Shown: positions 61,481 through 64,000 of the stretch, piece after piece | Layout: the number at the start of each line of letters is the position of its first letter | Position numbering within the stretch: position 1 is the first letter of the stretch | From: Atribacterota bacterium | GTDB taxonomy: Bacteria > Atribacterota > Phoenicimicrobiia > Phoenicimicrobiales > Stramentimicrobiaceae | Direction: 5' to 3' | Length of the DNA: 64,000 nt | Assembly: GCA_040767965.1 (NCBI GenBank) | Contig: JAXGNR010000004.1 | Location: forward strand, 288,001-352,000 | Made by a program: the position numbers and the translations under genes | The notes under the pieces: generated by a model | What the model saw: the letters and a program-made list of their open reading frames with translations, nothing else | The model's database searches: none | What the model was told of the DNA's origin: nothing

Positions 61481-62020
61481 ATGAAAGCTTTATTGATAAT
61501 TGATGTGCAAAATGATTTTATTAGAAATGGTTCTCTTGCAGTCAACAAAGCTGAAAGGATTATTCCAATTATAAATAAGTTATTACAAAAGTTTGATTAT
61601 AGTATGGCCTCTAAGGATTGTCACCCCCAGGAATCTGTTCATTTTAAAAAATGGCCACCTCATTGTGTTGCAGGTACAACAGGGGCTGCTTTCCCTTTTG
61701 ATTTAGATCAAGAAAAAATAAATCAAATTCTATATAAAGGAACCAGCAATAAAGATGATGGATATTCAGCATTTGAGGCCAACAATATAAACTTGATAGA
61801 ACATCTACAAGAAAAAGGAATAACTGACTTATACATTTGTGGAATAGCATTAGAGTTTTGCGTGAAATCCACAGTTCTGGATGCCTTAGAAAAAAGACTT
61901 AATGTCTATATGTTAAAAGATGCCATTGCTCCTTTTTCTGAAAAAGAAGAAGAGATTAAACAGTATTATTCTGAATTGGAAAATGCAGGTGCAAAAATTA
62001 TTTCCTCAACAGCAGTATAA
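61481..62020 (+). CDS. pncA: Nicotinamidase/pyrazinamidase
   Basis: Motifs IIDVQNDF..GSL, D.HP, WPPHCVAGT.GA, KG...DGYSAF and GIALEFCVKST. Confidence 0.92.
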   Translation: MKALLIIDVQNDFIRNGSLAVNKAERIIPIINKLLQKFDYSMASKDCHPQESVHFKKWPPHCVAGTTGAAFPFDLDQEKINQILYKGTSNKDDGYSAFEANNINLIEHLQEKGITDLYICGIALEFCVKSTVLDALEKRLNVYMLKDAIAPFSEKEEEIKQYYSELENAGAKIISSTAV

Positions 62021-62145
62021 CGATACAATTAATATAATGGGATACTAGGATACTTATCCAAAGGGATAGAACAATAAAGTGGAAAGATGTTAGTAAAGAC
62101 TAAGGGAAAATAGGATATAGTAAATGTACAAAGAAAGAAATTAAA

Positions 62146-62790
62146 ATGAATTCTTCAGTTAAATACCAACAAACTATTGAGATGCCGGTACAAATAAAAA
62201 ATATCATTAAAAAAAGCCGTTTTATAGCAACAGTAAAAGAAGTTGAAAAAGAAGATGAAATAAAACAGTTTTTAAAAGAAATAACACAGGAATTCCCGGA
62301 TGCAAATCATCATTGCTGGGCCTATCAAATTGGCTATACCAATAGATCCCTGTCCCATTATTCTGATGGGGGAGAACCAGCTAATTCTGCTGGTCCTCCT
62401 ATTTTACAAGCGATTAGAAAAGAAATGGTAACAAATGTAATGGTAATTGTAACCCGTTATTTTGGAGGAATAAAACTGGGAATCAGCGGACTAATCAAAG
62501 CTTATAGGGAAACAGCGTTAATAGGCATTCAATCAGCAGGAAAAATTAAAAAATATCCCCTGAGAGAGTACATTTTCGAAAATATTGATTATCAAATTCT
62601 GGGTAATATAATACAGTTAATAGAAAGTCAGTCTGGCAGAATAGAAAAAATAGATTACCGAGAAAAAGTAAAAATAATGGTTCTTCTGCCAGACAATTTA
62701 AAGGAATGGCTTGTCAGTAATCTTTATAATTTTTCTCAGGGCAATATACATATTAACCAGGGAGAGATTCATTGGTTCAGTAAAAAATAA
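62146..62790 (+). CDS. YigZ/IMPACT family protein
   Basis: Motifs IKKSRFI, ANHHCWAY, SDGGEP..SAG.P and VTRYFGGIKLG..GL..AY. Confidence 0.93.
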   Translation: MNSSVKYQQTIEMPVQIKNIIKKSRFIATVKEVEKEDEIKQFLKEITQEFPDANHHCWAYQIGYTNRSLSHYSDGGEPANSAGPPILQAIRKEMVTNVMVIVTRYFGGIKLGISGLIKAYRETALIGIQSAGKIKKYPLREYIFENIDYQILGNIIQLIESQSGRIEKIDYREKVKIMVLLPDNLKEWLVSNLYNFSQGNIHINQGEIHWFSKK

Positions 62791-62855
62791 AATAATAAGT
62801 AAATATTTAAAATAAAATAAATATTTCAAACTGGATCTGATTAGAGGTAAAAAAG

Positions 62856-63347
62856 ATGAAAATATTAATAACATATTATTCTCGTTCCGGTAAGACAGAA
62901 AAAATCGCTGAACAGGTTGCTCTTAAAATTAATGCAGAACTCCAAAAAATTAGTGATCAAAAAAACAGGGCAGGCATTTTTGGTTTTATTTCCAGCGGTA
63001 ATGAAGCTTATCTCAAACAAACAACAACTATTGATAAATTAGAAAAAGATCCGGCTAATTTTGATCTAATAATTATAGGTACCCCCGTTTGGGCTGGCAA
63101 TGTATCATCTCCTGTGAGAAGTTTTTTACAGGAATACAATTCTAAATTTAAAAAAGTTGCCTTCTTCTGTACCAGTATGGGTTCAGATCCCGGTCCGATA
63201 TTTTCAGCAATGGAAAAGCTGGCAACTCAAAAGCCCCTAGCCGTTATGAATGTTACAGCCCGTGACATGAAAAAGCATTTTCAGAAAGAACTGATCGCCG
63301 ATTTTGTTGCTTTAATTGGAAAACAAAGCAATGATGGATATATATGA
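62856..63347 (+). CDS. Flavodoxin-family protein
   Basis: Motifs YYSRSGKTE, IGTPVW and VAFFCT. Confidence 0.88.
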   Translation: MKILITYYSRSGKTEKIAEQVALKINAELQKISDQKNRAGIFGFISSGNEAYLKQTTTIDKLEKDPANFDLIIIGTPVWAGNVSSPVRSFLQEYNSKFKKVAFFCTSMGSDPGPIFSAMEKLATQKPLAVMNVTARDMKKHFQKELIADFVALIGKQSNDGYI

Positions 63348-63374
63348 TAAGAAAGATGAGAAAAACAATATGTT

Positions 63375-63779
63375 ATGATAAGTAAAAAAGAATTTGAAGA
63401 ATTAGTGGAAAAAGCTATAAGTGAACTGCCATTCTATTTTAGAGAAAAAATGGAAAATATTGCCATCTATGTAGAAGAGTTTCCCGATCAGGATATGCTC
63501 CAGAAGCTTGGGCATAAATCTCCATATTCGCTTTTGGGTATCTATCAGGGAGTTCCAGTAACTCGCCGTGGAATTCATTATAGGAATGTCATGCCTGATC
63601 GGATTACTATTTTTCGTAAACCAATCTTAAGAAAAAACAACAATATTGCAGATCTTAAAAATGATATAAAAAGAGTAGTTATGCATGAAATCGGTCATTA
63701 TTTTGGATTAAATGACTATGATCTCTTTTTAATAGAAAAAGAACATTTCAATAAAAACAATTCCAGCAATGAAAGCTAA
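63375..63779 (+). CDS. Zincin-like minimal metallopeptidase
   Basis: Motifs LLGIYQG.P, PDRITIFR.PI and VVMHEIGHYFG. Confidence 0.88.
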   Translation: MISKKEFEELVEKAISELPFYFREKMENIAIYVEEFPDQDMLQKLGHKSPYSLLGIYQGVPVTRRGIHYRNVMPDRITIFRKPILRKNNNIADLKNDIKRVVMHEIGHYFGLNDYDLFLIEKEHFNKNNSSNES

Positions 63780-63782
63780 AAA

Positions 63783-64000
63783 CTATGATAAAAATTTTCT
63801 GCTGCCAGGCTTAACCGGCTTACTGCCTTGCTGGCAAAGTGGACAGTCTTTTTCATCATATATTTTAATATCAAGCTGTATTCCGCTAAAAACAGGTACG
63901 CCAAGGTCTTCATGCTTTGATCTTCTGTCTACAATACAGGCTACACCCAGGACATTCCCTCCTAATTCAGAGACTAAATTTTTCACCTCTAAAGTAGATT
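63783..64000 (-). CDS. pyrE: Orotate phosphoribosyltransferase, C-terminal part (5'-partial)
   Basis: Open to the window edge: STLEVKNLV..LGGNVLGVACIVDR...CPLC.....VKPGSR, typical of the short PyrE C-terminus. Confidence 0.88.
   Translation of the reverse strand, partial: STLEVKNLVSELGGNVLGVACIVDRRSKHEDLGVPVFSGIQLDIKIYDEKDCPLCQQGSKPVKPGSRKFLS

Noticed and set aside
62021-62145. Purine-rich spacer after pncA as a structured RNA
   Set aside because: Only a very short hairpin (TATCC-AAAG-GGATA) is present, with no recognisable motif.

Overview
AT-rich bacterial chromosomal window (roughly 30% GC by eye) with about 60 genes, mostly housekeeping and metabolic. It includes rsmB (partial), dprA, surE, ligA-gatCAB, rubredoxin-fprA, araB, purC, tupABC, sfsA, proBA, pepF, nnr, pncA and pyrE (partial). 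There are two tRNAs (Pro-GGG, Gly-CCC), a Moco/Tuco-class riboswitch before tupABC, a proline T-box before proBA, a CNNM/DUF21 pseudogene and several long intergenic hairpins. Gene content suggests an anaerobe, possibly of an uncultured lineage such as Atribacterota/JS1 (unverified inference). I found no CRISPR array, transposase, integrase or prophage. The best candidate for an undescribed system is at 53.1-62.0 kb. A 1665-aa protein (HD + helical repeats + NadD/PPAT-like nucleotidyltransferase + GNAT-like + PRTase-like) is translationally coupled to a strongly diverged LDH/MDH-fold protein, followed by nicotinamidase, and lies divergent from NAD(P)HX repair. Also notable: an OtsA-less trehalose-type operon (beta-PGM-like/TPP fusion, GH65, Asp-less receiver-CBS), an M48-like pseudo-protease, and a probable ATC start codon. 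All product calls rest on motif recognition by eye; no database search was run.
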